Counted from the first letter of the stretch, positions 28,715 through 38,291 are shown. The stretch: 52,857 nucleotides of DNA from Nitriliruptoraceae bacterium (GCA_007123425.1 SKLC01000079.1:1-52857), one strand, 5' to 3'. The notes: generated by a model from the letters alone, not told the origin. Made by a program: numbers and translations.

Positions 28715-28728
28715 CGAACGGGTGTTCG
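28715..28728. promoter_or_regulatory. LexA (SOS/Cheo) box 3
   Basis: CGAACgggtGTTCG. Overlaps the putative lexA -35 (TTCGCG 28725-28730). Confidence 0.8.
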
Positions 28729-28759
28729 CGGAGCCGGGTGCCAGGTGCTACGGTCGTGA

Positions 28760-28773
28760 CGAACGCCCGTTCG
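28760..28773. promoter_or_regulatory. LexA (SOS/Cheo) box 4
   Basis: CGAACgcccGTTCG. Lies 6 nt downstream of the putative lexA -10 (TACGGT 28749-28754) and 25 nt upstream of the lexA GTG. Confidence 0.8.
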
Positions 28774-28797
28774 GGGCGCGGCGGCGAGGAGTGACGC

Positions 28798-29463
28798 GTG
28801 GTCAAGAACGTGGATCGGCACCTGCGGTTCGACGAGCCGCTCACGGAGCGGCAGCGGGGCATCCTGGAGATGATCCATGCCCACGTCAGCGAGCATGGCT
28901 ACCCGCCCTCGGTCCGCGAGATCGGCGACGCCGTGGGCCTGAAGTCGACCTCCTCGGTCCACGCGCACCTGGAGACCCTCGAGGACCGCGGCTACCTGCG
29001 CCGCGACCCCACCAAGCCGCGGGCCCTGGAGCTCGGGCGCGACCCGATCACCTCGCTGGATCGGCGGCCCGAGGCCTCCACCGCGGTCCCCCTGGTGGGT
29101 GAGATCGCCGCAGGTGGCCCCATCCTCGCCGAGGAGCAGGTCGAGTCGGTCTACAACCTGCCGCGCGACCTGGTCGGCGAGGGCCGCCTGTTCATGCTGC
29201 GAGTGCGCGGTGAGTCCATGATCGATGCCGGGGTGCTCGACGGCGACATGGTGGTCGTGCGTGAGCAGCCTCAGGTCGAACAGGGAGAGATGTGCGCCGC
29301 GCTGATCGAGGGCGAGGCGACGGTGAAGTTCTTCCGCCGGACCCGGTCCGGCGAGGTCTTCCTCGACCCGGCCAACCCGGGCTTCGAGCCGATCCCCGTG
29401 GACGCCGAGCAGGATGCCACGATCATGGGCAAGGTCGTCACGGTCCTGCGCAACGTGGGCTGA
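28798..29463 (+). CDS. lexA: SOS-response repressor LexA
   Basis: GTG 28798 with GAGGAG RBS. Winged-helix N-domain ([21 protein letters not shown]), Ala-Gly cleavage site (EIAAGGP), and the S24 peptidase Ser/Lys dyad (RGESM ... TVKFF). Confidence 0.95.
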   Translation: MVKNVDRHLRFDEPLTERQRGILEMIHAHVSEHGYPPSVREIGDAVGLKSTSSVHAHLETLEDRGYLRRDPTKPRALELGRDPITSLDRRPEASTAVPLVGEIAAGGPILAEEQVESVYNLPRDLVGEGRLFMLRVRGESMIDAGVLDGDMVVVREQPQVEQGEMCAALIEGEATVKFFRRTRSGEVFLDPANPGFEPIPVDAEQDATIMGKVVTVLRNVG

Positions 29464-29536
29464 CGTCCGCCGTGCCGCCGGTTCGCCTGGCTCGCCCACG
29501 GTACGAGCGGGCGGATGACGCCATAGCCTTCGCCCC

Positions 29537-30061
29537 ATGGAGACGATCCGAGACCTCGTGGCCGACGTGCCCCGCCCGGGGCGCCTGTGCTGGCTCGGCC
29601 TGCGCAGCAGCAAGCGCGGTCCGATGCAGGTCGTCGAGCAGGCCGACGCGCTGGCCGGCCTCGGCCTGCAGGGCGACCGCAAGGCCCGTGGCGCCCCCAA
29701 GCCGCACGGCAGGCGTCACGTCACCCTGATCCAGCACGAGCACCTCGCCGTCATCGGGGCACTGCTCGACCAGGGACCGATCGATCCCCTCCTGCTGCGA
29801 CGCAACCTCGTCGTGCGGGGCATCAATCTCCGGGTTCTTCGCGACCGGCGGTTTCGCATCGGCGGGGCGGTGCTCGAGGGCACCGGCGACTGCCATCCCT
29901 GCTCGCGCATGGAGGAGGCGCTGGGGGCCGGGGGCTATCAGGCCATGCGAGGGCACGGCGGGCTGACGGCGCGGGTGCTCGAGTCCGGGACGCTGCGCCT
30001 CGACGACGAGGTGCTGCTGCTCCCGGCGCCCAGCGACGACGTGCTCGCCACCCCGATCTGA
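29537..30061 (+). CDS. MOSC-domain protein
   Basis: 174 aa. RHVTLIQHEHL and LEGTGDCHPCSRME (conserved Cys) are typical of MOSC domains. Confidence 0.85.
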   Translation: METIRDLVADVPRPGRLCWLGLRSSKRGPMQVVEQADALAGLGLQGDRKARGAPKPHGRRHVTLIQHEHLAVIGALLDQGPIDPLLLRRNLVVRGINLRVLRDRRFRIGGAVLEGTGDCHPCSRMEEALGAGGYQAMRGHGGLTARVLESGTLRLDDEVLLLPAPSDDVLATPI

Positions 30062-30122
30062 GCAACGGCTACAGCCTCGCCCGGCGGTGCCGATCACAGG
30101 CGGGAACGGACCGGGAGGCGGG

Positions 30123-30632
30123 GTGGACAGCACCACGAGGCTGCTGAGCATCGCCGTGGCCGGGCTTCTCGGCGCCGTGCTGACCGCCTTCGTGCTGTCC
30201 CCCGCCCCGCCCGCAGCGCCCGGCCGGGACCACGACGCGGCCCGGCAGATGTACGCCCTCGTCGACGACGCCCGGGCCCGCCACGACCTGCCACCGCTGC
30301 AGCCGGCCGACGACATCGCCGACGTCGCCGCCGACTGGTCGGCGCGGATGGCCGCGGACCGGGCCCTCGAGCACAACCCGGCGCACCCGGAGCAGATCTG
30401 CTGCTGGCGTGCGGTGGCCGAGAACGTGGCCTGGTCCGATCCCCCGCGCACGCGCCTGCACCGCGACCCCGTGCAGCGGGTGGTCGAGGAGCTGCACCAC
30501 GCGCTGCTCGACTCACCGAGCCACCGGGAGAACCTGCTGTCCGACGAGGTCGACGAGATCGGCATCGGCGTGCACGTCGACGGTGACGGAGCCGTGTGGA
30601 TCACCCAGAACTTCCGGGCCTCCGCCAGGTAG
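30123..30632 (+). CDS. Secreted CAP/SCP (YkwD-like) domain protein
   Basis: GTG 30123 after GGAGG (ATG 30087 is an alternative). Signal/TM segment, then the CAP motifs ...WSARMAADRALEHNP... and LLDSPSHRENLL. Confidence 0.75.
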   Translation: MDSTTRLLSIAVAGLLGAVLTAFVLSPAPPAAPGRDHDAARQMYALVDDARARHDLPPLQPADDIADVAADWSARMAADRALEHNPAHPEQICCWRAVAENVAWSDPPRTRLHRDPVQRVVEELHHALLDSPSHRENLLSDEVDEIGIGVHVDGDGAVWITQNFRASAR

Positions 30633-31170
30633 CACGTCCTCGCAGGTCAAGCGCCCGAAGCGGCCTCTCGCGTGCATTGCACGTGGATGTACACGCCCAC
30701 GCCGCATGACACGGGCGGGGTGCTGACCGCAGTGACCGGCCTTGTCGCGGCGGCCATGGCGGCCATGTCGGCAAGGTTGACCGCACCGGAGTCCCTCGGC
30801 ATGCACGAGGTGGGCGGCGGGGGCCGTACGGAGGTACGCCGTGCGTGCGCGCCGTCCCAGTTCGGCGCAGATTTCGGGCATGCTTGGCATGCCGCCGACG
30901 GCGGCTGAAGATGGAGGACATCGTGAGCGCACCTGACCGTGGGGTACTGCCGTGCGGGCTGACACCCGCTGAGCTCTCGAGCAGGCTCGGACCGAGCCAG
31001 GTGAGCATGGCGATTCTGTACGGCCCGCGGCCGCGACGCCGTTGGCGCCCGCGGCACGGAGTGCACAGCGGTGAGAAGCGAACCAGGATTCGCGAGACGG
31101 CCCCGCGAGGTGCGCCCCTCACGTGAGACGGAGCCCCAGGACAACGTCGGCGGACCCGTTGCCGGCGTCC

Positions 31171-31344
31171 TTCGGCAACGCCGCATCGCACGTGCCCTGC
31201 ACGCGGCTGGGGCAGTTCCAGCCTGGGCAGCAACTGCAGCGTGGAGTCCTCGATCGGCACTGGATGCTCCGCGACGACATCAGCGACGGCGACGCCCACC
31301 ACACCTTCACCTACGGCCGCCCCGGCGACACCCCACACGCCTGG
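31171..31344 (+). pseudogene. Degenerate remnant (~1.5 repeats) of an FG-GAP/VCBS-like repeat protein
   Basis: SFGNAASHVPCTRLGQF...RGVLDRHWMLRDDISDGDAHHTFTYGRPGDTPHAW matches the repeat pattern FG.aGD.Pv.GDW...GV.r...W.LR....g.ad..F.YG..GD.P. The second half has 100% GC3. There is no credible start, and it runs into the 3' end of the convergent gene. Confidence 0.35.
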
Positions 31345-31372
31345 CCTCACTGCCCCTCACGCCTCGGCGGCG

Positions 31373-32062
31373 TCACTCTCGCACGAGGCGGACGTCGCCG
31401 AACACCGACGTGGCCCGCACGGGCAGGGTCGCGCTCACGGCGCCCGTGGGCGCGGCCGGCGGCCGCACGTCACCGAACACGGCCACCTCGGCGAGCGTGA
31501 TGCCGAGGTCGGCCGGGACCCGCACCTCGACGTCGCCGAAGACCGCGAGGCACTCCACCAGCCCCTCAGCGGCCGCGCTGGTGTCGAGCCGGCCGGTCGC
31601 CTCGCCGAACACCGCGACGTAGGACCGGGCGGCAGGTTCACCGCGGTGCCCGGCGCGCAGGTCATCGAACAGCGCGATCCGCGCATCGCCGAGCAGCCAC
31701 CGGTGCCCCCCGGTCGCGCCCCACACCAGGACGATCCCCAGCCCGATCAGCAGCGCCGGGGCCCTCGTGCCGGACGGCAGGGCGGTGATGGCGAGCAGCA
31801 CGGCGCCCACCAGCACCAGCCCACTGCCCGTGACCCGACGACCGGCGCCCAGCGACCACACGCCGACGGCCACCAGCAGCACGGGCCACCACGTCCCGAC
31901 CGCCGCACCGACCGCCTCGGGCACCACGTCGAGCACCAGCAGGGCGCGCAGCACGCCCAGGGCCACCAGCAGACCGCCGGCCACCGTGAGGCCCGAGGCC
32001 AGCGGCCGCTGGAGGGAGGCGACGGCCCTGCGGGCCGGGCGCACGTCATCACGGCTCATCAT
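31373..32062 (-). CDS. LiaF-like (DUF2154-type) membrane protein, paralogue B
   Basis: ATGATG at 32062 overlaps the stop of paralogue A (ATGA). N-terminal 4-TM region and a C-terminal domain with four VFGD/VFGE repeats. Confidence 0.65.
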   Translation of the reverse strand: MMSRDDVRPARRAVASLQRPLASGLTVAGGLLVALGVLRALLVLDVVPEAVGAAVGTWWPVLLVAVGVWSLGAGRRVTGSGLVLVGAVLLAITALPSGTRAPALLIGLGIVLVWGATGGHRWLLGDARIALFDDLRAGHRGEPAARSYVAVFGEATGRLDTSAAAEGLVECLAVFGDVEVRVPADLGITLAEVAVFGDVRPPAAPTGAVSATLPVRATSVFGDVRLVRE

Positions 32063-32781
32063 CGCACCCCCGAGCGGACGTCCGTCCGACGCACCCGCAC
32101 ATCGCCGAACACGACCAGGCCGTGCAGCGCGACCACCGGGGCATCCGGGTGGGTGCTCTGCTCGACCGCCATGGTGACGTCCCCGAGCAGCCGGGTGACG
32201 TGGTCCTCGACGCGCCATCCCGCCGGGACCTCGACGCCGACGTCGCCGAACACCGCGGTGACGGTGACCACGAGGTGGTCGCCGTCGTCAGCGGGCTCGG
32301 CGACGACCAGCGTGGCATCACCGAACACCGCGGTCGCGGTCGGTTGCGCGCCGTCCGGCCACTCGCCGTGCTCCGTCCTCGCGTCGCCCCCGATCGATTC
32401 GAGGCGAGCGGGTCCGGGCGCCGGCGCGGTTCGCGCGGCGCGGACGCGCGCACCCGCCTCGAGCAGTGCGGTGCCCAGGACCAGCAGCCCCGCGGGCAGC
32501 GCCAGCTGCCCCGGGGACGCGTCCACGACATCCAGGGTCATGGCCAGCGCCAACCCCCCGATGACGGCGACGGCGGCGCCGACCAGGGGGGTCCCGCGTA
32601 CGCCCCACCACAGGCCTGCGATGACCACCGCGACCGGCCACCAGCCCGCCAGCACGTCAGCGGCAGCGACCGCCCCGGAGGCGTCGAGCGCCAACAGCAC
32701 GCCCACGGCGATCAGGGCCAAGCCGACGGGAACGGCCCCGTCGAGCCTGCGTCGCCGCCCACGAGCCCCGTTCACGGCCAT
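32059..32781 (-). CDS. LiaF-like (DUF2154-type) membrane protein, paralogue A
   Basis: 240 aa. Same architecture: TM bundle, then AVFGDATLVV / AVFGDVGVEV / VVFGDVRVRR repeats. Confidence 0.65.
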   Translation of the reverse strand: MAVNGARGRRRRLDGAVPVGLALIAVGVLLALDASGAVAAADVLAGWWPVAVVIAGLWWGVRGTPLVGAAVAVIGGLALAMTLDVVDASPGQLALPAGLLVLGTALLEAGARVRAARTAPAPGPARLESIGGDARTEHGEWPDGAQPTATAVFGDATLVVAEPADDGDHLVVTVTAVFGDVGVEVPAGWRVEDHVTRLLGDVTMAVEQSTHPDAPVVALHGLVVFGDVRVRRTDVRSGVR

Positions 32782-32895
32782 CGCTGCGCTCCTTGCGCCG
32801 GTCTACCTCCTTCGTATGCCACCATCGGGCGCCGCGCAAGGGGCGTCGTGCCCGCGTGGCGTGCCCGCAGGCCGCCGCAGAGCGAAGGGACGGAT

Positions 32896-33753
32896 GTGAG
32901 GGAGCGGATCGGGCTCGCGGGCTCGGGCGTGCGACTGGCCGGCGACCGGTGGGCGCCCGACGACCTCCCGCACCGGGGCACGCTGCTGTTCCTGCACGGC
33001 GGGGGCCAGACCCGCCACGCGTGGCGCCACAGCGCGGCCCGCTTCGCCGAGCTGGGCTGGACGTCGCTCGCCCTCGACACACGCGGCCACGGCGAGAGCC
33101 AGTGGGCACCGGACGGCGACTACACCATGGAGGCGCTGGTCGCCGACCTTCGCAGCGTCCTCGCCCAGCTCGACGAGGTTCCCGTGCTCGTGGGCGCCTC
33201 GCTCGGCGGCATGACCTCGCTGCTGGTGGAGGGCGAGCACCCCGGATCCGCCCGGGCGCTGGTGCTCGTCGATGTCGTCCCGCGTCTCGAGCCGGCGGGG
33301 GTCGAGCGCATCCGCGCCTTCATGACGGCCCGGCCCGACGGCTTCGCCAGCCTCGAGGAGGTGGCCGAGGAGGTCCGCGCCTACACGCCGGAGCGCACCC
33401 GGCCGGTCAACGTCGAGGGCCTGCGCAAGAACCTGCGCCGCGGTGACGACGGCCGCTGGTACTGGCACTGGGATCCGGCCTTCCTCAGCGCGGGCGAGGA
33501 GCCACGGCGAGACGTCGACGAGTCGCGGCTGCGCCGGGCCGCCAGCCGGGTGCAGGCCCCCACCCTGGTGCTCCACGGCCGCCACTCGGACGTGGTCAGC
33601 CAGCGCGGGATCGACGAGCTGCTCGCGGTGCTGCCGCAGGCCCACACGGCCGATGTCAGCGGTGCCGGGCACATGGTCGCCGGCGATGACAACGACGTCT
33701 TCACCCGTCGACTCGACGAGTTCCTGCAGCAGCAGGTCATTCGCGAGGGGTGA
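32896..33753 (+). CDS. Alpha/beta-fold hydrolase
   Basis: GTG 32896 (GAAGGGA RBS) lies inside a long shadow ORF. HGGGQTRH oxyanion region, GASLGG nucleophile elbow, C-terminal GAGHMV. Confidence 0.85.
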   Translation: MRERIGLAGSGVRLAGDRWAPDDLPHRGTLLFLHGGGQTRHAWRHSAARFAELGWTSLALDTRGHGESQWAPDGDYTMEALVADLRSVLAQLDEVPVLVGASLGGMTSLLVEGEHPGSARALVLVDVVPRLEPAGVERIRAFMTARPDGFASLEEVAEEVRAYTPERTRPVNVEGLRKNLRRGDDGRWYWHWDPAFLSAGEEPRRDVDESRLRRAASRVQAPTLVLHGRHSDVVSQRGIDELLAVLPQAHTADVSGAGHMVAGDDNDVFTRRLDEFLQQQVIREG

Positions 33754-33901
33754 TCTGGCGCGCCTGCCCCTCTGCCGGTCGCTCCGCCTCTTGGGACAGC
33801 AGCAGCTGGTCGATCGCCGGCGCCATCGCGGGGCGGGCGTACAGGAAGCCCTGCGCGAGGTCATAGCCCAGCTCCTCGAGCAGGGAGGCCGGTGCCTCGG
33901 C
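33737..33901 (-). pseudogene. C-terminal remnant of an EAL-domain phosphodiesterase
   Basis: The minus frame reads AEAPASLLEELGYDLAQGFLYARPAMAPAIDQLLLSQEAERPAEGQARQITPRE*. Compare the intact EAL gene in this window: ...VADLDYDLAQGFHYARPMDGDALTDLLL. There is no upstream EAL sequence. The frame closes at TAA 33962-33964 inside an AT-rich island, and the 3' end overlaps the hydrolase stop. Confidence 0.55.
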
Positions 33902-33938
33902 TCTTGATGCCGGGCTCGTGGGACCGCTGCACCGAGAG

Positions 33939-33968
33939 TTGGAAACAATGCAACGGTCTAGTTATTTT
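33939..33968 (+). promoter_or_regulatory. Sigma-70-type promoter candidate in an AT-rich island upstream of the TetR operon
   Basis: TTGGAA (33939-33944), 18 nt spacer, then TATTTT (33963-33968). It is the only AT-rich stretch for kilobases and lies ~90 nt upstream of ATG 34056. Confidence 0.35.
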
Positions 33969-34055
33969 GTACCACCACAGGGCGTCATGCGGGGCGGCCG
34001 CTGCGCCCCCACGCGCCGCCGCTCGTGACCACCCCGCCACCCCGCCGAGCTGCTG

Positions 34056-34697
34056 ATGCCTCCACTCCCCGACCGGCACGACGGTGCGCGCGATCCCCTG
34101 CCGTCGGATCCCGACGGCGCGGCGTCCGGGCTGCCCGATCCTCCCGCCCCTGAGCTCGATCCCTACCTCGACGCGGCCGCACGGTGCTTCGCCCGCCACG
34201 GGATCAGCCGGACACGGGTGCCCGACATCGCCGATGAGCTCGGCGTCTCCCGCGTCACGGTGTACCGGCGCGCTGGCAACGTGGACGCGATGGCCCGGCT
34301 GCTCCTCGCCCGTGAGCTGCACCTCATCGTCGACGGGCTCCCCGAGGTCATCGCCGAGCACGAGGGGCCGCAGGTGGTGGTCGCGGTCGTGGAGTCGGTC
34401 CTCGCCCAGGCCCTCCATCACCCGGTCCTCGTCAAGGTCCTCACCGACGACGCCGAGATCATCGGCCCCCTGCTCACCCAGGCGCTGCCGACCCTGATCG
34501 AGCGTGCCGTCGCGGGCGCCGCGCCCCTGCTCGAGGCGGCGATGGCGAGCGGCGAGATCGCGCGGCGCGATGCCCACGCGCTGGCCGAGTGGCTGGTGCG
34601 CCTGACGATCACGCTCGTGCTCGCTCCCCCCCAGGGCGACCTCCGCGAGCTCCTGGAGCAGCTGCTGATCCCCGCGCTGAGCCCGGAGGCGCCATGA
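34056..34697 (+). CDS. TetR-family transcriptional regulator
   Basis: [27 protein letters not shown] after a ~40-aa Pro/Asp-rich N-terminal extension. No alternative in-frame start. Confidence 0.85.
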   Translation: MPPLPDRHDGARDPLPSDPDGAASGLPDPPAPELDPYLDAAARCFARHGISRTRVPDIADELGVSRVTVYRRAGNVDAMARLLLARELHLIVDGLPEVIAEHEGPQVVVAVVESVLAQALHHPVLVKVLTDDAEIIGPLLTQALPTLIERAVAGAAPLLEAAMASGEIARRDAHALAEWLVRLTITLVLAPPQGDLRELLEQLLIPALSPEAP

Positions 34698-35353
34698 GCA
34701 CCCCCACCGAGCCTCCGTCCCGCTCCGACGAGACCGAGGCCACGCCGCCCCTCGCTGGCGATGGCTCCGGGGCCGGCAGGCCCCGCCCGGGCACCCCGGC
34801 GTGGGCGATCGCCGTGCTCACGGCTCTGGCCACCACGATCGCGCTCGTGGGCGGCGCCGTGCTGGTGGCGTTGCCGTTCCTCGACCGCGTGGACGCGCTG
34901 TTGACCGACCTGGAGTCGACCCTGCCCGTGGTCCACGACATCCGACCGGAGGTTGGGCGCATCGACGAGAACGTCGATCACGTCACCCCGCGCATCGGCG
35001 AGCTGCACGGGCAGCTGGACGACTTCGAAGGCGCGCTCGACGACGTCGCCGATCCGGTCGTCCGGGTCGAGGCGCACATGCTGCGGCTGCTCGATGCCGT
35101 CGAGGCCCTGGAAGCGGTGGAGGCCCTGCCCGAGATCCAGCACGACTTCGGGCGGGTCGCCGACGACCTCGACGCGATGCGCGGCGACTTCGTGCATGTG
35201 CGCGACCTGATGGAGGAGCTCGTCGTGACCCTGCAGGTGCTCGGCGACGACTTCGGCGATGTCGTCGAGCTGCTCGAGGAGACCGCCGAGAGCGTGGACA
35301 ACCTCGACCGCAAGACCGGCCCGCCACCCCCGGGTGACGTCGTTCCCTGGTGA
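34694..35353 (+). CDS. Single-pass membrane protein with strongly acidic helical domain, unknown function
   Basis: ATG 34694 overlaps the TetR stop (ATGA). One TM helix ([24 protein letters not shown]), then a D/E-rich helical region. Confidence 0.6.
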   Translation: MSTPTEPPSRSDETEATPPLAGDGSGAGRPRPGTPAWAIAVLTALATTIALVGGAVLVALPFLDRVDALLTDLESTLPVVHDIRPEVGRIDENVDHVTPRIGELHGQLDDFEGALDDVADPVVRVEAHMLRLLDAVEALEAVEALPEIQHDFGRVADDLDAMRGDFVHVRDLMEELVVTLQVLGDDFGDVVELLEETAESVDNLDRKTGPPPPGDVVPW

Positions 35354-35477
35354 GCTCCGTCGGGCAGCCGGTCCGTCGGCGAGGACTGCTCGTGCTCGAC
35401 GCCCGCGCGTGGCACATGGTGCCGGCGCCGGGCACTTCGGCACTGGCGCGCGGCAGGTCCGGGCGCGACCGTGTGGG

Positions 35478-38291
35478 ATGTCATCCCGACCCGGGGGCGC
35501 AACCGTGCGTGGGCACCGCGACCTGCCCGTTCGCCCCACGCGCGGCGAGGCACAGCGGAGCGTGGTCGCCACCGAGGCGGATCCGGCAGCGACCTGGGCG
35601 ACCCTGCGGACCGAGGCACCGGGACGCCCGGCCGCGGATGTTCTCGCCGTCCTGCGCGTGGACGCCGACGCCGGGCTGACCAGCGCGGAGGCCGCACGTC
35701 GGCTGGAGCTCACGGGCCCCAACGAGCTCGAGGCGGCGCCACGCCGGCAGGCCTGGCGCCTCGTGCTCGGCCAGTTCGCCGACACGATGATCATGGTGCT
35801 GCTCGCCGCCGTCGCCGTGACACTGGCGATCGGTGAGCACCGCGACGCGCTCGTGATCGCCGCGATCCTGCTGCTCAACGCCGGCATCGGCGCGGTCCAG
35901 GAGCATCGTGCTGAACAGGCGATGGCGGCGCTGCGGTCGCTCACCGCCCCCCTGGCCCGGGTCGTGCGGGACGGCACGGCCCGCACGCTCGCGGCCGACG
36001 GCCTGGTACCGGGCGATGTCGTGCTCCTCGAGGCCGGCGATCTCGTGCCGGCCGACGCCCGGCTCCTCCACGCCCCCGGCCTCCGGGTCGATGAGGCGGC
36101 GCTGACCGGCGAGTCCACCCCGGTCGACAAGGACCCCGACGCCATCGGGGCCAGTGACGGAGGCGGGGTCGGCGAGCAGCCGACCATGGCCCTGAAGGGC
36201 ACCGCCGTCGTCCACGGCCGAGCGCGCGCGGTCGTGACCGCCACCGGCATGGCGAGCGCCCTCGGGGAGATCGCTGGGCTCCTTCGCGCCCACCAGTCCC
36301 CGCGAACCCCGCTGCAGCGCCGCCTGGGCGTGCTGGGTCGCCGGCTCGCGGTGGCTGCGGTCGTCGTCTGCCTCGTGGTCTTCGCGCTCGGGGTGCTCCG
36401 CGGCGAGGATCTGCTGGTGATGTTCCTCACGTCCGTGAGCCTCGCGGTGGCCGCCATCCCCGAGGCGCTGCCGGCGGTGGTCACGATCTCACTGGCGCTC
36501 GGCGCCCAGCGGATGGCTCGCCACCACGCGCTGATGCGCCGGCTTCCCGCCGTCGAGACCCTGGGCTCGGTCACGGTGATCTGCAGCGACAAGACCGGCA
36601 CCCTCACGCAGGGTCGGATGCTGGTCGAGCGGGTCTGGACACCGGCCGTGGAGGTCACCGCCACGGGTGCCGGCTACGCGCCTGCCGGCGAGCTGCTGCG
36701 CGACGACCACCCTGTCGAGGCGGACGAGATCCCGGCGCTCAGGCAGCTCGTCCGGGTCGCCGCGCTCTGCAACGACGCGCAGCTGCTCCCACCGGACGGC
36801 GAGGACGGGGACTGGGAGATCGGCGGTGATCCCACGGAGGGAGCGCTGCTGTCGCTGGCGGCCAAGGCCGGCATGGACGCGGCGCGGGACCTGTGGCCGC
36901 GGGTCGCCGAGGCGCCGTTCGGCGCCGACCGCAAGCGCATGAGCACGCTGCACCGAGCCCGCGACGGCACCGGCGTGGTGGCCTGCAAGGGTGCCACCGA
37001 GGCCGTGCTCGCAGTCGCGGTCGCCGTCGTCGGCGACGAGGGCGACCAGCCGCTCGACCCCGAGGGCCGCCGGGGGATCCTGGCAGCCGCGGAGTCCTAC
37101 GCCGCGCAGGGCTACCGCGTCCTGGCGCTGGCCGGGCGCTCGGCACGGGCCGACGACGTGGGTGACCCGGCCGTGCTCGAGCGCGACCTGACGGTCTACG
37201 GACTGGCGGCCATGGCCGACCCGCCGCGCCCCGAGTCGCTGGCGGCGGTGGCTGCCTGCCGCCGGGCCGGCATCACGCCGGTGATGATCACCGGAGACCA
37301 CCCGGCCACGGCCACCGCGATCGCCGAGCGTCTCGGGATCGCCGATGACGGCGAGGCCCTGACCGGTGCGGCGCTCGCCCGTGCGGGTCCGGACGGCTTG
37401 GCTGCCCACGTGGACCGGATCACCGTCTACGCGCGTACCACTCCCGAGCAGAAGCTCGACATCGTCCGGGCATGGCAGGCGCGCGGCGAGATCGTCGCCA
37501 TGACCGGCGACGGGGTCAACGACGCGCCCGCGCTGCGCGCCGCGGACATCGGCGTCGCGATGGGGATGGCCGGCACCGAGGTCGCCAAGGAGGCGGCCGC
37601 GATGGTGCTCACCGACGACGACTTCGCCACGATCGTGACGGCGGTGGGCGAGGGCCGGCGCATCTACGACAACGTCCAGCGCTTCGTGCGCTACACGCTG
37701 ACGTCGAACACCGGCGAGATCTGGGTGATGCTCCTCGGCCCGCTGGTGGGGCTGCCACTCCCGCTGATCGCCGTGCAGATCCTCTGGATCAACCTGATCA
37801 CCGACGGGCTTCCCGGGCTCGCGCTCGGCCTCGAGCCCGCCGAGCGCGACGTCATGCGGCGTCCTCCCCGGCCGCCCGACCAGAGCGTGTTCGCCCGCGG
37901 CATGTGGCAGCACATCCTCGCGGTCGGCCTGCTGATGGGGCTGCTCCCGCTCGGCCTGGGGGTGTGGGCGCACGCCGTCGGCCGCCCGTGGCAGACGATG
38001 GTGTTCACGTCGCTGGCCCTCCTCCAGCTCGGCCATGCGATGGCGGTGCGCTCCGAGCGCGACTCCCTGCGCAGGCTGGGGCTGACGACAAACATCCCGC
38101 TGCTGGCGACGGTCCTGACCACTGTCGCCCTGCAGCTCGGCGTCGTCTACTCCGGCTGGGGACAGGCGCTGTTCCACACGCAGCCGCTGAGCGGATTCGA
38201 GCTGGCCGTCGTGCTGGTGGCGTCCACGGGCGTGTTCGTCACGGTGGAGCTCGAGAAGGCGGTCAGACGCCGCCTGCGGCCCGTGGTCTGA
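35478..38291 (+). CDS. P-type cation-transporting ATPase (P2-type, CtpF/Ca2+-ATPase-like)
   Basis: Motifs [35 protein letters not shown], and TM4 IPEALPAVV. Start is uncertain: ATG 35478 or GTG 35562. Confidence 0.9.
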   Translation: MSSRPGGATVRGHRDLPVRPTRGEAQRSVVATEADPAATWATLRTEAPGRPAADVLAVLRVDADAGLTSAEAARRLELTGPNELEAAPRRQAWRLVLGQFADTMIMVLLAAVAVTLAIGEHRDALVIAAILLLNAGIGAVQEHRAEQAMAALRSLTAPLARVVRDGTARTLAADGLVPGDVVLLEAGDLVPADARLLHAPGLRVDEAALTGESTPVDKDPDAIGASDGGGVGEQPTMALKGTAVVHGRARAVVTATGMASALGEIAGLLRAHQSPRTPLQRRLGVLGRRLAVAAVVVCLVVFALGVLRGEDLLVMFLTSVSLAVAAIPEALPAVVTISLALGAQRMARHHALMRRLPAVETLGSVTVICSDKTGTLTQGRMLVERVWTPAVEVTATGAGYAPAGELLRDDHPVEADEIPALRQLVRVAALCNDAQLLPPDGEDGDWEIGGDPTEGALLSLAAKAGMDAARDLWPRVAEAPFGADRKRMSTLHRARDGTGVVACKGATEAVLAVAVAVVGDEGDQPLDPEGRRGILAAAESYAAQGYRVLALAGRSARADDVGDPAVLERDLTVYGLAAMADPPRPESLAAVAACRRAGITPVMITGDHPATATAIAERLGIADDGEALTGAALARAGPDGLAAHVDRITVYARTTPEQKLDIVRAWQARGEIVAMTGDGVNDAPALRAADIGVAMGMAGTEVAKEAAAMVLTDDDFATIVTAVGEGRRIYDNVQRFVRYTLTSNTGEIWVMLLGPLVGLPLPLIAVQILWINLITDGLPGLALGLEPAERDVMRRPPRPPDQSVFARGMWQHILAVGLLMGLLPLGLGVWAHAVGRPWQTMVFTSLALLQLGHAMAVRSERDSLRRLGLTTNIPLLATVLTTVALQLGVVYSGWGQALFHTQPLSGFELAVVLVASTGVFVTVELEKAVRRRLRPVV

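Noticed and set aside
30911-31126. 71-aa ORF with an XRE-like HTH (LTPAELSSRLGPSQVSMAILYG).
   Set aside because: Poor GC3, an Arg-rich nonsense-like C-terminal half and no RBS. At best it is another decayed fragment.
31390-32350. Dispersed ~11-nt DNA repeat TCGCCGAACAC (at least 7 copies) that could be taken for a REP/CRISPR-like element or LexA half-sites.
   Set aside because: Every copy is the reverse complement of GTGTTCGGCGA, which encodes the VFGD strand motif of the two LiaF-like proteins. Spacing is irregular and there is no GTTC partner at N4.
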